From the NCBI GenBank assembly GCA_976551045.1, contig CDPCPM010000050.1, positions 10,788,001 to 10,852,000 on the forward strand: DNA of 64,000 bases, written 5' to 3'. Numbering within the stretch: position 1 is the stretch's first letter; each line of letters opens with the position of its first letter. Positions 1 through 12,140 of the stretch are shown piece after piece. The notes beneath the pieces are model-generated. The model saw only the letters and a program-made list of their open reading frames with translations, ran no database searches and had not been told where the DNA came from. The position numbers and the translations under genes were made by a program. This stretch comes from Glaucostegus cemiculus. Lineage: Eukaryota.

Positions 1-288
1 GAAAAAAAGGATTAGCCTGCAGAAGAATAACAAACATATGTAGTCAGTTCAGGGGAATAACTCAAACTTTCAGTTCTGTCAAAGCTAATAAACCACTTGA
101 GTATTTCCTTCCTGGTTTATGATATTACAACAAAGAGAGAATGCATGCATGCCTTTTGTCTCATTACCCATCGCAAATAATTAACTGTGCACCAATATTT
201 TTGAAAAGAGAAAATCATACTTATTGACTTTTGCCAGATCTTTATATGAACACTAAACAACAGTAATAAACTTTCTGAGAATCATATT

Positions 289-500
289 GTAGATACTGGA
301 AATCTGGAACTGTAAACAGATAATATTGGAAACATTCATCAGGTTAGGCAGCAACTGTGAAAAGAGAAACAGTTAACATTTCAGATCGGGAACCCTTCAT
401 CAGGATGGATCCCGGACCTCAAACTTGCACTGTTTCTCTTTCCACAGATACTGCCTGACCTGCTGACTGTTTCCAGCATTTTCTGTTTCTATTCCCAGAA
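289..500. mobile_element. Fold-back of two inverted Penelope-like pseudo-LTR copies
   Basis: The left arm AAACAGATAATATTGGAAACATTCATCAGGTTAGGCAGCAACTGTGAAAAGAGAAACAG is the imperfect reverse complement of the right arm CTGTTTCTCTTTCCACAGATACTGCCTGACCTGCTGACTGTTTCCAGCATTTTCTGTTT. The same unit follows GIY-YIG remnants elsewhere in the window. Confidence 0.75.
372..403 (-). ncRNA. Hammerhead ribozyme-like core (Penelope-type minimal HHR), probably degenerate
   Basis: The minus strand reads CTGATGA-AGGGTTCCCGATCT-GAAA-TGTT, i.e. the CUGAUGA box, a wobble-paired stem II and the GAAA box. The 5' strand of stem I is lost at the fold-back centre. Confidence 0.5.
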
Positions 501-1126
501 TGATGCAACATTACGCATTTGTGGTAAGCAAATTCTAACACGGTGACTCCCAATAATTCAGATTACTTTAATTCATCAGGGACCAAATTCACTGAAGTGC
601 ATGTTTTTCAAAACTCGAGTAAATGTGTTATTAATGATTATTAGCTATTATGTAGGCAATTTACAGGACATTGCATTTTTCTTAATCTCCCTCCACCTTT
701 CCAGAGGAAAAGACTTGCACAATGTTTCCCAAAGTATTATTTTCTTGTCTGCTCATATAATCAGATATCTTGTTAATATTTTGTCCATTTCATGACCTTT
801 ATTTTTCCAGTAGTCAAGTGATCAGACTCTCATTAGCCTGCTATGCTATTATTAAACTTGCTTGTTGCACTGTATCTGTGAAATGAAAAAGAAAAGGCTA
901 GGAGTATGTAGCAAGTCTGTCAATATTTGAAGAGAAACAAAGCAGGTTAACGGTTAGGGCAGGATTCTTGACTAACACTGACAGATGAGAGCCAAAGAAC
1001 TCTTCGGCACAGATCAAAAGAAAGAGGGAAGGGGACAAGATGGCTATGAATGGACTGTACAGATAGAATAATTATTGCATAGAAGAAGAAAGTTAAGTTT
1101 CAGAAAAGCATTGTCTACATTTTTAA

Positions 1127-1180
1127 GATAAGATATTTAAGATACTTATTTATTAGTCTCCAGTACATCGAAACACATAA
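1127..1180 (-). mobile_element. Isolated LINE/SINE 3' tail fragment
   Basis: Reverse complement of the TGTGTTTCGATGTAC...CTAATAAA...TATCTTA tail also seen at about 12095-12138 and 25070-25113. Confidence 0.55.
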
Positions 1181-2469
1181 ATGGGATCCTTTTCAGCAGG
1201 GTAAAAAACAAAAACAATATCATTTCATCAAAGGATGAGAAACCAGTCCAAGAAGGGAATCACATAACTTAAGGAAGATGTTCTGATCAAAGAGTCAGAA
1301 TTTCCTAGCCTTGAGAGTAGTTTATTCAAAATTGCTTCAGCCTGCAGAAAATGATATGATGCAGGCTCTGAACAGAGTAAGTTATTTGTAAATGTCGGTG
1401 ATCTCAACTATTTCCATTAATGGATTCTCTTATTTTTAATAAGGTAAAGTTTAATAAAGGCTGGAATACACCAAGCATGTAAATGTGGCTTCACCTCACT
1501 ATCAAATGATGTTTTTCATACTGTTGATTTCTGCTGAGTTTTTAACAATTTGTAAAATGACACCCATAGAGACTTAATATGAAAGAAATGGTCAAACATT
1601 ACAAGTGTATCATAATATGATAAAAGCAGAAGATGGAGAAAGGTAGAAAATAGTTCCAACATTTAATGCAGACTGGTGTTGTGTGCTTGCAAGGATGTAT
1701 CAAGGTGCAGAACAACTGCAATTCTCTCTCTTGTAACACAGCAATTTTAGAAGATGCAATATTCTCACACTATTCACCCCTTGATCTGTCCTAGAACTGC
1801 CTCAGTTTTACTTCAGTGTAATAATCCTGATGTACATAACTGGCAATTCTGTTTTAGCAGCTCCTGGCTGAATTAGTGAAAGTCTGGAATTCCTCAGATT
1901 GAATTAAGTCTCCATGGATTCATTGCTGAGACTACACATTTTTCAGGCAGTTAAGTTTAATGTGAAGGGAAAGACAGAGAGCACCAGAAATTGTTCTACT
2001 TATTTAGGTATAGACTGTTATCCAGAATTTCATCTCAGTATTCTGTGTTTCACCAACATTACAGAACAATTTAGATGTTAATATTGGACCAGGACTTGGT
2101 GGGAAATGATGGCTATCCCTTACTAAGCTGCCATAATTTCTCTGCACTATCACCACCAAGTTTGGGATCCCTGTGCAAATGTGAACTTTAACTTGCTGGC
2201 GAATCCATCAACAATTCCCAACTGTGCTCCAACGTTGGACAATTGGTAACCATGTAGGTCTTTGGGTAGTGTGGGCAGCTGACCATTGACAGCAAAACCT
2301 TGCCTGCAACATTCAGAATGGTAGAATCTGTCTCATTAGTATCACAGAACAATTATGTTGATAATTAAATAATGGTAGTTGTACAGTACTTCATGAGCAC
2401 ATATATTTTAAAGGCATTGTTTGAAACTTACTTTTGGAAGCTATTACTTCCCTCATCATATATTTACTG

Positions 2470-2800
2470 CTACAACATGGAAGGAGGCCTTTCAGCCCAT
2501 CAGCTCCATGTGCCAGCATAGTAATTCCATCACTCATTTTGCTCTCCTGTCCTACAATTTATACTCTCTTCATGCCTATCAATTTCTCTTTGGTTATTTT
2601 GCTGCTTATCTACATTAAGGAGTGCAGTAACAATTTAACCATCCAGCATATACCTGGGCCAAGTGAAGCAACCAGAGCACCCAGAGGATACTCACAGATT
2701 CACAAGGAGATAATGCAAATCCCACAGACAGTATGGATCAAGATTGAACTTGGGCTCCTGGAACTTTGAACTGGCAAGTGCTAAACACTGTGCCACCTTG
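2470..2800 (-). mobile_element. Degenerate tRNA-derived V-SINE (HE1-like)
   Basis: CCAGAGCACCCAGAGGATACTCACAG is the V-domain reverse complement. A tRNA-head remnant lies at about 2740-2800 and a CR1-like tail GGCCTTTCAGCCC at about 2486. Confidence 0.6.
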
Positions 2801-4964
2801 TTACTCTTGCAGAGGATTGGTCTTGTCCAGTCAGATCAAGGTGGAGGGGTATGGTGAGAAATAGACTTCACTCTACTGGCTTAACAGGTATGGTAGCTTT
2901 GGTGAAATCTAACAGCACCATTTAGGTGATGAACATTGTCTTCAATAGAGGTAATACTACATTCATTTTGTGGTTATTTTGTTAAGACTGGAGCTGCTTT
3001 AGTTGCAAAGCAGCTGTGCAGAGTCACAATAATGACTTCCATAGCTGAACAAAAAACGGGTTTTGGTGAAATGGGTGCCAATTTTATGGATTGAATGCTT
3101 TAATTTTCTACTGAAACAATTGGAAATATTTTTAAAAGGGGATGGAATAAACTTTAAATGGAAAACAGGGTGCAGAATTATTAGTTCCAGAATTATGTTA
3201 AGGAAATGAATAAGTATTTTGAAAGCGCAGGTTAGATGTTTTTGTTACTATTCTGTAAATAAACACATGAGAGGGCTTAAACAATTGATATTGCATTCTC
3301 AGAATTTCCAAGATTGGACATAATGCATTTGAATGTGAATATTTCAGTCTCTCTGGTTTGTTATGAGGAGAATCACTGGACAAATACATTGTTGAAGGCA
3401 CAGCAACCAAGTCAGCTGCAGAGCATGAGAGGATTCACTCATCAACCTTGTTATCTCAAAATACAACTGCCTCAGGGTGACTTTTATCAGTGATTGATGG
3501 ACAGTGTCTGTGAATTCCAATAATGCAGGAATTGTGGAATGGTTTGCTGTAAAACCACACTGGTTGATATTCAGCACTTTATTGCAGTTTAGTTATTCCA
3601 GACTTTGGCTTATTGACTTTTCCTTCTCAGACATCACCATTGGTAATAATGAGCTGGGTCTAATGTATCAATAAAGAGAAGAAATGTCAGGATGCAATAT
3701 ATTTCCATAGTAAACAGCAGTAAGGTCTTCATCAGGATTAACAGTCTTAAAATGCAAAGGCAAGTATTGAAGGGCATACAATCTTGTTTCAGTGACCTGA
3801 AAATTTGGTATTTGTAATCTTAAAATTTTGTCTATAATCTTAAAATTTAACAAATCTAATTAGCAACATGGTGAGGTCTTAAACTGGAGTGGCTGGTTAG
3901 GCAACCTTTGGTTCAAGTTGTCATCTTGGTAAAGGACATTGAATGCATGCAAGAGACCATTGTCCAAAAAGTGGTTAAGACTCTGATTACCAATTAAATT
4001 GACTCCTAACCCCTATTAAAGAGGGTGGACTCCATTTGTTGGTGACTGCTGCAATTAACACTCTCTCTTAAATGCAACCAGCAGATCAGAATTAAATAAA
4101 TCATTGCTGAAGATTGTGGACGCTAATTATGTTTCCACTTGCTACTGGAGTTCGAAGTATCACTAAAGAAGAATTTTCATATATACCTGAAGATGTTCTG
4201 TGCATAGAAAACTTTTACAAGACTTCTTCAGAATCTTGTGCAGGTTCATTCCAGAAATAATTAGAGGATACCACCAAGCAATGCCGTGCACATTTACTAG
4301 AGTTTTATAAGAGCTAGTGGGGAAAGGGGAATTGTTGGTTATGGGAATCCTGCTATGTTTCACTCTTTAAATTAGAAGAGTTATAGGAGAAGGAGATGAG
4401 GCCAAGCAGAGTCTCTCTGGAGGAAAAAGAAAAGGACAACGTAAGAGTGGAGGAGGCTCCAGGTTTGAAGGGACGATGCCTTTTTTACAATCAGCAATAA
4501 TGATACATCAGCCTTTACCAGAAGCTGTTGTATTTGCAGCTACAAGAGGAGGAGACAGATAATGCAGAATGACTGGGGAATGCCTGCATCAGAGGCACAG
4601 TCTACCTGAAGAACACTTTTGAGAGACATCCTCCAGTATAAAGGGCAGCAGATTGCTGAGTAAGAACTTCAGCTGGAGTTCAATCTTCAGACACTGTAGT
4701 GCACCAGGAAAAGTGAATGTTACATCAACCTTTGTTCTCAATAGGTTGTGCAGATCTGGTCAGTGATCAGGAACACGAGAAACTGATCATCAGTGAGGCA
4801 GATATGAGGATCTAGAAGGTAGCTTTGGAGGACCTGCAGCCTTTGCACATGTACAATAGGAACAAGATTCCTCCAGTCACTGTGGACAGGAATGAACAAA
4901 CTAACTGGAGAAACATGTACAGGGGATTAAATAGGAATGCAAATTAGGTGATTGATTTTAGAAG

Positions 4965-5365
4965 TTTCCTGTTGCCTGCCACTTCAATTTCTAACCTACT
5001 CCCACTCTCACCCATCTGACTGCGACCTCCTGCACTGTACAAATGAGGCACAATTCAAACTTGGGGAATAGCACCTCATCTTCCATTTGGTTACATTGCA
5101 GCATTAGGAACTCAGTAGTGAATTTTCCAACTTCCGATAACTTGCTTTCTCTCTTTATATCAGAGTTGACCATTTCATTTGTAAATCATCCATCTGTGAT
5201 AATGGATCATTTGTTCCTTTCTTTCCATTAGCACACCCTGACCTGCTATTTGTCACACATCACACTTTGTTGTAACTCTCTAACTTCTCTATTAACAATT
5301 CATCCCAACAGTGATGCTGGCGAAGGGTCTTTGAGTGTTTCCTGCAGTTTTTATTATTACTTCAA
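4965..5365 (+). mobile_element. Penelope-like element 3' remnant inserted in an older CR1-like LINE
   Basis: Decayed C-terminus KLGE*HLIFHLVTLQH...EFSNFR*, homologous to 31840-31996, followed by a decayed HHR box CTGGCGAAGGGTCT at 5317. Confidence 0.6.
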
Positions 5366-7084
5366 AGTAGCAAGACAAATGAATTGATGGCACAAAATAG
5401 AAATAAATGGGTATTAATCAACAGCTATTAAGAAAACATGGTTGTAAGATGACCAAGGATAGCAACTGAATATTTCAGGCTCCTTGACACTTCAGAGGGA
5501 GTTGCTGAATGGAAAGGAGGTGGTAGCTCTTTTAATAATGGATAATAGCTTTACAGTAATGAGAAATTATCTTTGGGTTTATGATGTAGTGTCAGTTTGT
5601 ATGGAGGTAGGAAACAGTCACTGATGAAAATAGACCATAGGTCCCCTTAGCTGTAGCTACACTACTGCAAGACAGAATATAAATAAAGTTTTAATTATTG
5701 TAGAACTCAATGTTCTCATCAGATCTAGAAATTGAAAGTCCAGCATCGATTTAGATTTTAAAAAATTAAGCTGCATTGAATTCTGTTTACTTCTTTTATG
5801 GTAGAAAATTGGTTATGGATTACAAAAAAATACATTTACCACATGTGGGTCAATACCAACCTTGAAGGTTATAAATCTGACTTTATAGTAATAACAACAT
5901 AATATCAAAGATTGTCATAGACTGCGTGGGTTGGGGAGCATAATTATTCTACCCCCTTGTCACAATTTTAAGACACGCATGTGCCACCCTTTGCACTGTA
6001 AATATTGTGTCAAATTTTCTCATTCAGTGTTGGTTTCTTGATTGATATAAAGTGCTATAAAACTCTGATCATCCACTATCTGTTTATTCAGAATTCCTGA
6101 TGGCCTCTGGCTCATTGGATACTGATTCCAAAGCTCCCTAACATAACAGGGCCCCAGTTTCCATGCTCCATTTAACACACCAGGGCTCTGTTTCCCACAC
6201 CCTCTTGAAGCTCACTGAGGCCCCAGATCTGGTGCACCATTGCACCATTCCAGCTACCACGTTTGCTGAAAAATGTATTATAGTACCGTGTAACATCTTT
6301 AAAAAATGTGATTTAAAAAATGTGTGCTGTAGTACTATTTGGAATACTATCTAATATTCTCAAAAATCTGCCAGTCTGGCACCACCTAAAGTTCTGAGAG
6401 TGCTGGATTAACAGAGTTTTACTGTAGTTCTAAATTCTGGTGATTAATTGGCTCTTAGGAGTAAGTTTTTCCAAGTGTCTCTGTCAATGGAACATGAATA
6501 TTGTCACTGGTAACACTAACATTAATTTCTTTGTTCATCACGGGATTATTTGAGCATAAAGTTTACAATGGGGAAACAGACCCTTTGGCCTATCCAGTTC
6601 ATGTTGATGATTAACAGCATCTATAATAGGTTCATAAAATTCCTTGAGAAACATTATTATTTACACTATTTCTCAAGGGCTTTGGGCAATCTTAGCCTGT
6701 AGTTATGGCATGAGATCAGGGAACCACTTTGGAAATTTTTAATTACCTACAACCTTTCAGAACAAAAAGGATCTTGTTTTTAGAGATTTCAGACAAGGAA
6801 AAATTTAGAATTCCTTTCATTTCAGAGATATATTGACACTTAGTACTAACATGGAAGAATGTTGTCTGTGAGTATCCAGTGATCGCCACAGCATGGATTT
6901 TCCCTTTCATTCTGACTTTGGCAATTATGAATTTCTGGCATCCATCAATAAGGACATTATTAAGGTAGCAAGGAAGCCAATACATTAAAATATTTTTACA
7001 TTCAGGAAATCAGGGAGAAAAAAGTACTAGTATTTAACTAACTTCTTAAACATTTTATAGGGACTGAAATAAATATTGAAACAT

Positions 7085-7192
7085 TTCAGTTCAAAGAGGT
7101 AGCTTACCACCAACTTCTTGAGGGCTGTTCGGGAGGAGCAATAAATGCTGGTCTTGCCAGCAATGCCCACATCCCAAAGGATGAATAAAAAC
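7085..7192 (+). mobile_element. L2/CR1-group LINE (or SINE) 3' tail
   Basis: GTTCAAAGAGGTAGCTTACCACCAACTTCTTGAGGGC...GCAATAAATGCTGGTCTTGCCAGCAATGCCCACATCCC. Related copies occur at about 7860-7950 (+), 10745-11000 (-), 40280-40900 (-) and 63470-63860 (-). Confidence 0.55.
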
Positions 7193-7961
7193 AGGCAGCA
7201 TATCAGATTAAGTTAGAGGATGAAATATCATTAACAGGTGATTTTATAAAAATGTTTTTAAAGAGTCATTAAATTTAGAAATTATTATTTGAGTGAATGG
7301 TAATTTATGCACATAAAATTACCTCATGGGGGTGTGGTCAGAGAGGTTGTTAAGCAATAATTATGGCTTAGTATACCATCAAGATATCAATGAGAGTGAG
7401 GAAAGCTCACAAATATATAAAGCTATTAAAGTCCTGATTTTTCTTTGCCAATTATGTTGTTGAAAGTTGAGAAACAGTGAATCCTGCAGGAAGCCAAAGA
7501 ATCATTGACAGCAGCTTCTTAAGCTTTGCATTTAATTGTGCATGTACATACTCCATGTGCTGTCAGATTTTTTCCACTGTGATGTGGACCAACAATAGCC
7601 TCCCCATTATTTCTCATTGTAAATTTTAGGCAGTAATCTTCATTATAACCAAGGATTGGATTGTAATGGTTTGCCATTCTACTGGCTACATGCCTAGCCT
7701 ATAAAAACTTTTATTCAACATAGTTTGGATAATACTGGGAGGAAAATAAAGGCAGAAGAACATGGGATTGGGATGCCCAACTTCCACACCATCTTGCCTG
7801 GGATATATACAATCATTTCTTCATCACCAATAAGTATCCATCTCGGATTCCCAACCCAAAAACACTGTGAGAGTACCATGACCAGAGGACTGCAGTAATT
7901 CAAGACGTCAGCCACTTTCTCAAAGAAAATTAGGGGTGGACAATAAAAAGTGAACTGCACG

Positions 7962-8692
7962 GAATACAGTGTAGAAACTCATCCATGCTGACCAAGTTGC
8001 TTACCTGAGCTAGTCCCATTTGCCTACATGTGGCCCATATCCCTCAAAACCTTTCCTATCCATGTACTTGTCCAAATTTCTTTTAAACATTGTAATTGTA
8101 CCTGCCTCTAACACCTCCTCCGGCAGCTTGTTCCACAAACCTACCACCCTCTGTGTGGAAAAAGTTGCCCCTCAGGTCCCTTTTAAATCTTTTCTTCTCT
8201 AACCTTAAATTTATGCCCTCTGGTTTTGGATTCCCCTACCCTGGGAAAAAGACTGTGACCAGTACCATATCTATGTCCCTCGTGATTTTATATACATTGA
8301 TAGGGTCGCCCCCTCAGGCTCCTACACTCCAGGGAAAGAAAACCCTAGCCTATTCAATCTTTCCTTATAATCCAAGCCTTCCAGTCCCAGTAACATCCTT
8401 GTGAATCTTTTCTGCACCGTCTCCAGCTTAATGACATCTTTCCAATAACTAGGCACCAGAACACAATACTCCCAAGTGTGGCCTCACCAATATCGTGTAC
8501 ATTTGTAACATGATGTCCTAACTCTTGTACTCAAGTGCCCTTACTGATGAAACCAAGCATGCCAAATACCTTCTTCACCACCCTGTTTACCTGTGTTGCC
8601 ACTTACAGCGAGTTATGTAATTATACCCTTATGTCTCTCTGTTCTACAACATTCCCCAGTGCCCTGCCATTTATTGTGTAATTCCTGCTTTG
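7962..8692 (-). mobile_element. CR1 LINE 3' fragment (ORF2 C-terminus plus 3' UTR)
   Basis: The minus strand encodes the CR1-typical C-terminal motif RGHKFKV...FKRDLRGNFF, with frameshifts. Confidence 0.8.
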
Positions 8693-10744
8693 GCCTGAGA
8701 AGAATGGATTTTAATTCATGTGGCACTGGCACAAGTCTTGGGAAAGAAGGAGTTACGTCAGATCCTGAATTCTGACATGCAAGTTAGCAGTACAATGCCT
8801 CATATTGATGTTAAGGTGGCAGTAGATTGAACACCGAAATAAGAACATGAACAGTAGAAGCATGAGTAAACTACCCAGCTCTTTCAGCTTAATTTACCAT
8901 TAAATAAGGTCATGGCAGATGTGATCTTTGACCTCAACTCCACTTTCCTACCCAATCCCCATCATCCTCGATTCCCCTGCAGTCCAAAAATGTGTCTTGT
9001 ACAGAATTATTTTCATAATGTTTTAGGCATAAGAAATAAGTACAAATAGGAGACAATAACAATGAGGAATAGAGAACCTAGTGTTTTTTCTGTTTATTCT
9101 GAACAATCTTATGAACTTATGCTGTTTCTACCACTGATTCAGTTGTAAATATTGAAATTATGCTGACGTCAGTGGAGGTTATTTATATGTATACTTAGAC
9201 AGTGGTGTTCTCTCCAAGTTTATGAGCAACTGCTTTTCAAGGAACTAAAGAAATTCCTTAAAAGCATTACAGTTGCTAGTGGGCTGCCATACCTTGTTTA
9301 TTGTGCTTTCACTGTACAGAATACTTAGCTTTAAATCATGGAGCCAGGAACTGTGTGTAAATCAAATTGTTACAAATTATTAAAATGCAATGTTATTATC
9401 TATTTCATTCATCTCATAAGCTAATCTCTTTTCCTCATCTTTGTAATTTTGACATTGATAAATACACTGAGTCTTGGTCTTTTAACAAGCCTGTTTTCTT
9501 ATAGTTGTAAAGTAATATTATTTGCAGTATTCAAATTACAATTATTCTTAAGTTTTAGTATTTCCCTTTGGCTTGTTGTCCTCTTTTATATCATATAAAC
9601 CCTGCACATAACCATGCATTATCCTCAGCCCAATGTACTGTATAGTTCACATTGAGCAAACTGCAAGTGCTGGGATTTTTGCCATGACTTAGGCACACAG
9701 ACAACATATCAAGTTCAGAATATAAAACCTTCTGTTTCTTGCAAACATGAGGTTATGACAATGGCTTGAAATGTAAAGCCATATGATGGTTATATTTTGC
9801 ATTACCTTTTAACTATTACCTTCACACTGGATTGGAGCTTTTTGTGTTTAGCATGAATCCCAAGTGGTGTGAGAAGTTTTGCAAGAGCATTTCATTTCCT
9901 GTTGTGCATTTGAAACCATTTTTCAACAGCATAGTGTGATAGAGTTTCTGCATTGGGCACATTGCCCACTTTGGCATAAACTACCCCTGTTTTCCAGCAT
10001 GAAGTTCTATCTCAACTGCTGATCCAAATCCTTTACTTAATCACAAAGCAACCTGAGTTGAGGTGATCAAGTGAAGTTATGTGATGCAATAATTTATTTT
10101 CTTCCTTGATTAAAAAGTTAATATTTTTGAGAGTTGTATAGGACTATTCTAGAATGTATAAAGTTTGTTGAGATTACAACTGCAACATAACTGTTGCTGA
10201 GAGATTTAGTAACTGGTTTTGTGGTACAGTTATTGGTCTTACATCTTGATTTTGGTGTGATGAACTGTCAGAAGTATGCTGTTAATTTTACATTGATGCT
10301 CAGTTGAAACTACATTGCACTCATGCAAAGGTCAAAGGTTAATGTCAGCATAAATCCTCCAGAGGGGTTTGGAAACTGGTTATGCAGTTACAATATTGCT
10401 CAGAAGAGCATGACATAACTTCTTCAAACACCCAAACATTAATAATAAATTACTTATAATATGGCTACCACTAAGATCACTCACTACAGAATTGGTTCCA
10501 GCTGGGTAGTACATTATTTACATTGACTGGCTCCAAATTGAACTTCTAGGTTTTGGAGAGACAACACACATGCAAGATTTTGTCCTGGAGGCTGAATTTT
10601 AAATATTTGGAGATTATGGATAGGAATGACTTTTAGCACAACATTTAATAGTACAGTACTGAAAAGGGGAATTTGGGGAATTGATAGGATGACTCTACTT
10701 TCAGAAAGCAATCCAGTTAGTCCCACTTCCCGACTCTTCCCCTA

Positions 10745-11010
10745 TTTTTGGATGTGGCCATTGCTGGTAAAGGCCAATTTATGTTGTCTTGTCGTATTGT
10801 TATTGCCATTGTGAAGATGGTGCTGAGCCACTTCTTTAAACTGTAGTTGTGAGTGAAGGTGCTCCCTCAGTGCCATTGGTTAAGCTCTTCCAAAATTTAC
10901 AGACAATGATGAAGAAAGAATTGTCTTATATTTCCAAATCTCAAAAAAAATGCAAGTTGGAGGGGAACTTTCAGATGAGGGCATTCCCACGGACCTGCTG
11001 CGTTTATAGT
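10745..11010 (-). mobile_element. L2/CR1-group LINE 3' fragment
   Basis: Reverse complement of the tail at 7085-7192, extending into GGGGAACTTTCAGATG...TTCCCACGGACCTGCTG, which is shared with 40360-40500 and 63670-63730. Confidence 0.55.
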
Positions 11011-11844
11011 TCCAGGGGCTAGAAGCTGTAATAAGGCCTGAAGCTCTGTGACACTGGCAAAACCTAAAAGGAGAATCAGTGAGCAGGTTATCAAGTGCTG
11101 TGTGATAGCATCGTCCATGCAATTTTTCTCCATTGACGATTTAATCAGCTTCCAACTGAAGGATACTCTTGCTCATGTATCCTCCCCCCTGTCAGACAGT
11201 GTATCCAAAACTCGAACCATTCACTTATTGTTTTAAAAAGGGTTTGTCCTCACTCTTTTACAAAAGACTTCAATTTTTCCCCTCTAATTATCACTGGAAT
11301 TTGTTTCTCTTTGTTTACTCCCTAAACCCTTTATAGCTATATACACTTCAATCAAATATATCCTTAGCCTCCTCATCCATTAGAAGAATAACAATTGTTT
11401 CAGGCAACAGTTCAGAATTTGCAATCATTGCCATTTCCAACCAATGAGGAAAAAATAGTCCCACAAAGATCTAGCTGTCTCTGTGCAAGATTTCCTCCTG
11501 TCTGACATCTGCGGCTGTCAGGCATTAGTATGAAAGGATCTCTGGCAGCCTGCAGCTATGCTGTCATTTAGCTAATCACATTGAAGTATTCTAACAGACA
11601 GGAAACCAGGAAGCATTTGTAATTATCTTTTCAAATGTTGCACTGATAGCCAAAGAAAATTTAAAACAAACATATTTGACTTGATTGGAAGCCTAAATAA
11701 CAAGTTGTTTTAAAAGATGCTTAAGAATTATTTTAAAGTGACTTGCATTTTGAAATATATAAGGATGTTACTGTGTACTGTGGTTAAAATCAATATTTTA
11801 GGGCCATAAGCTGTAATTATGGCATAGAAGCCTATTAAAACTTA

Positions 11845-12140
11845 AGGCAAGGTAGTGTTGCAGTTAGCGTAATGTTATTACAGCGACAGTGACTCAGGTG
11901 CAATTCCGGCCACTATTTGTAAGGAGTTTGTACGTTCTCCCCATGTCTGCATGAGTTTCCTCTGGGTGCTCTGGTTTCCTCCCACATTCCAAAGACGTAC
12001 TGGTTAGGAAGTTGTGGGCATGCTATGTTGGCGCCAGAAGCATGGTGACACTTGCGGGCTGCCCCCAGAACACTCTACACAAAAGATGCATTTCACTGTG
12101 TGTTTCGATGTACATGTGACTCATAAAGTATCTTATCTGT
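11845..12140 (+). mobile_element. Full-length tRNA-derived V-SINE with Rex1/Babar-like tail
   Basis: tRNA head with B-box-like GGTGCAATTCC, V-domain GGAGTTTGTACGTTCTCCCCATGTCTGCATGAGTTTCCTCTGGGTGCTCTGGTTTCCTCCCACA, and tail TTCACTGTGTGTTTCGATGTACATGTGACTCATAAAG. Confidence 0.85.
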
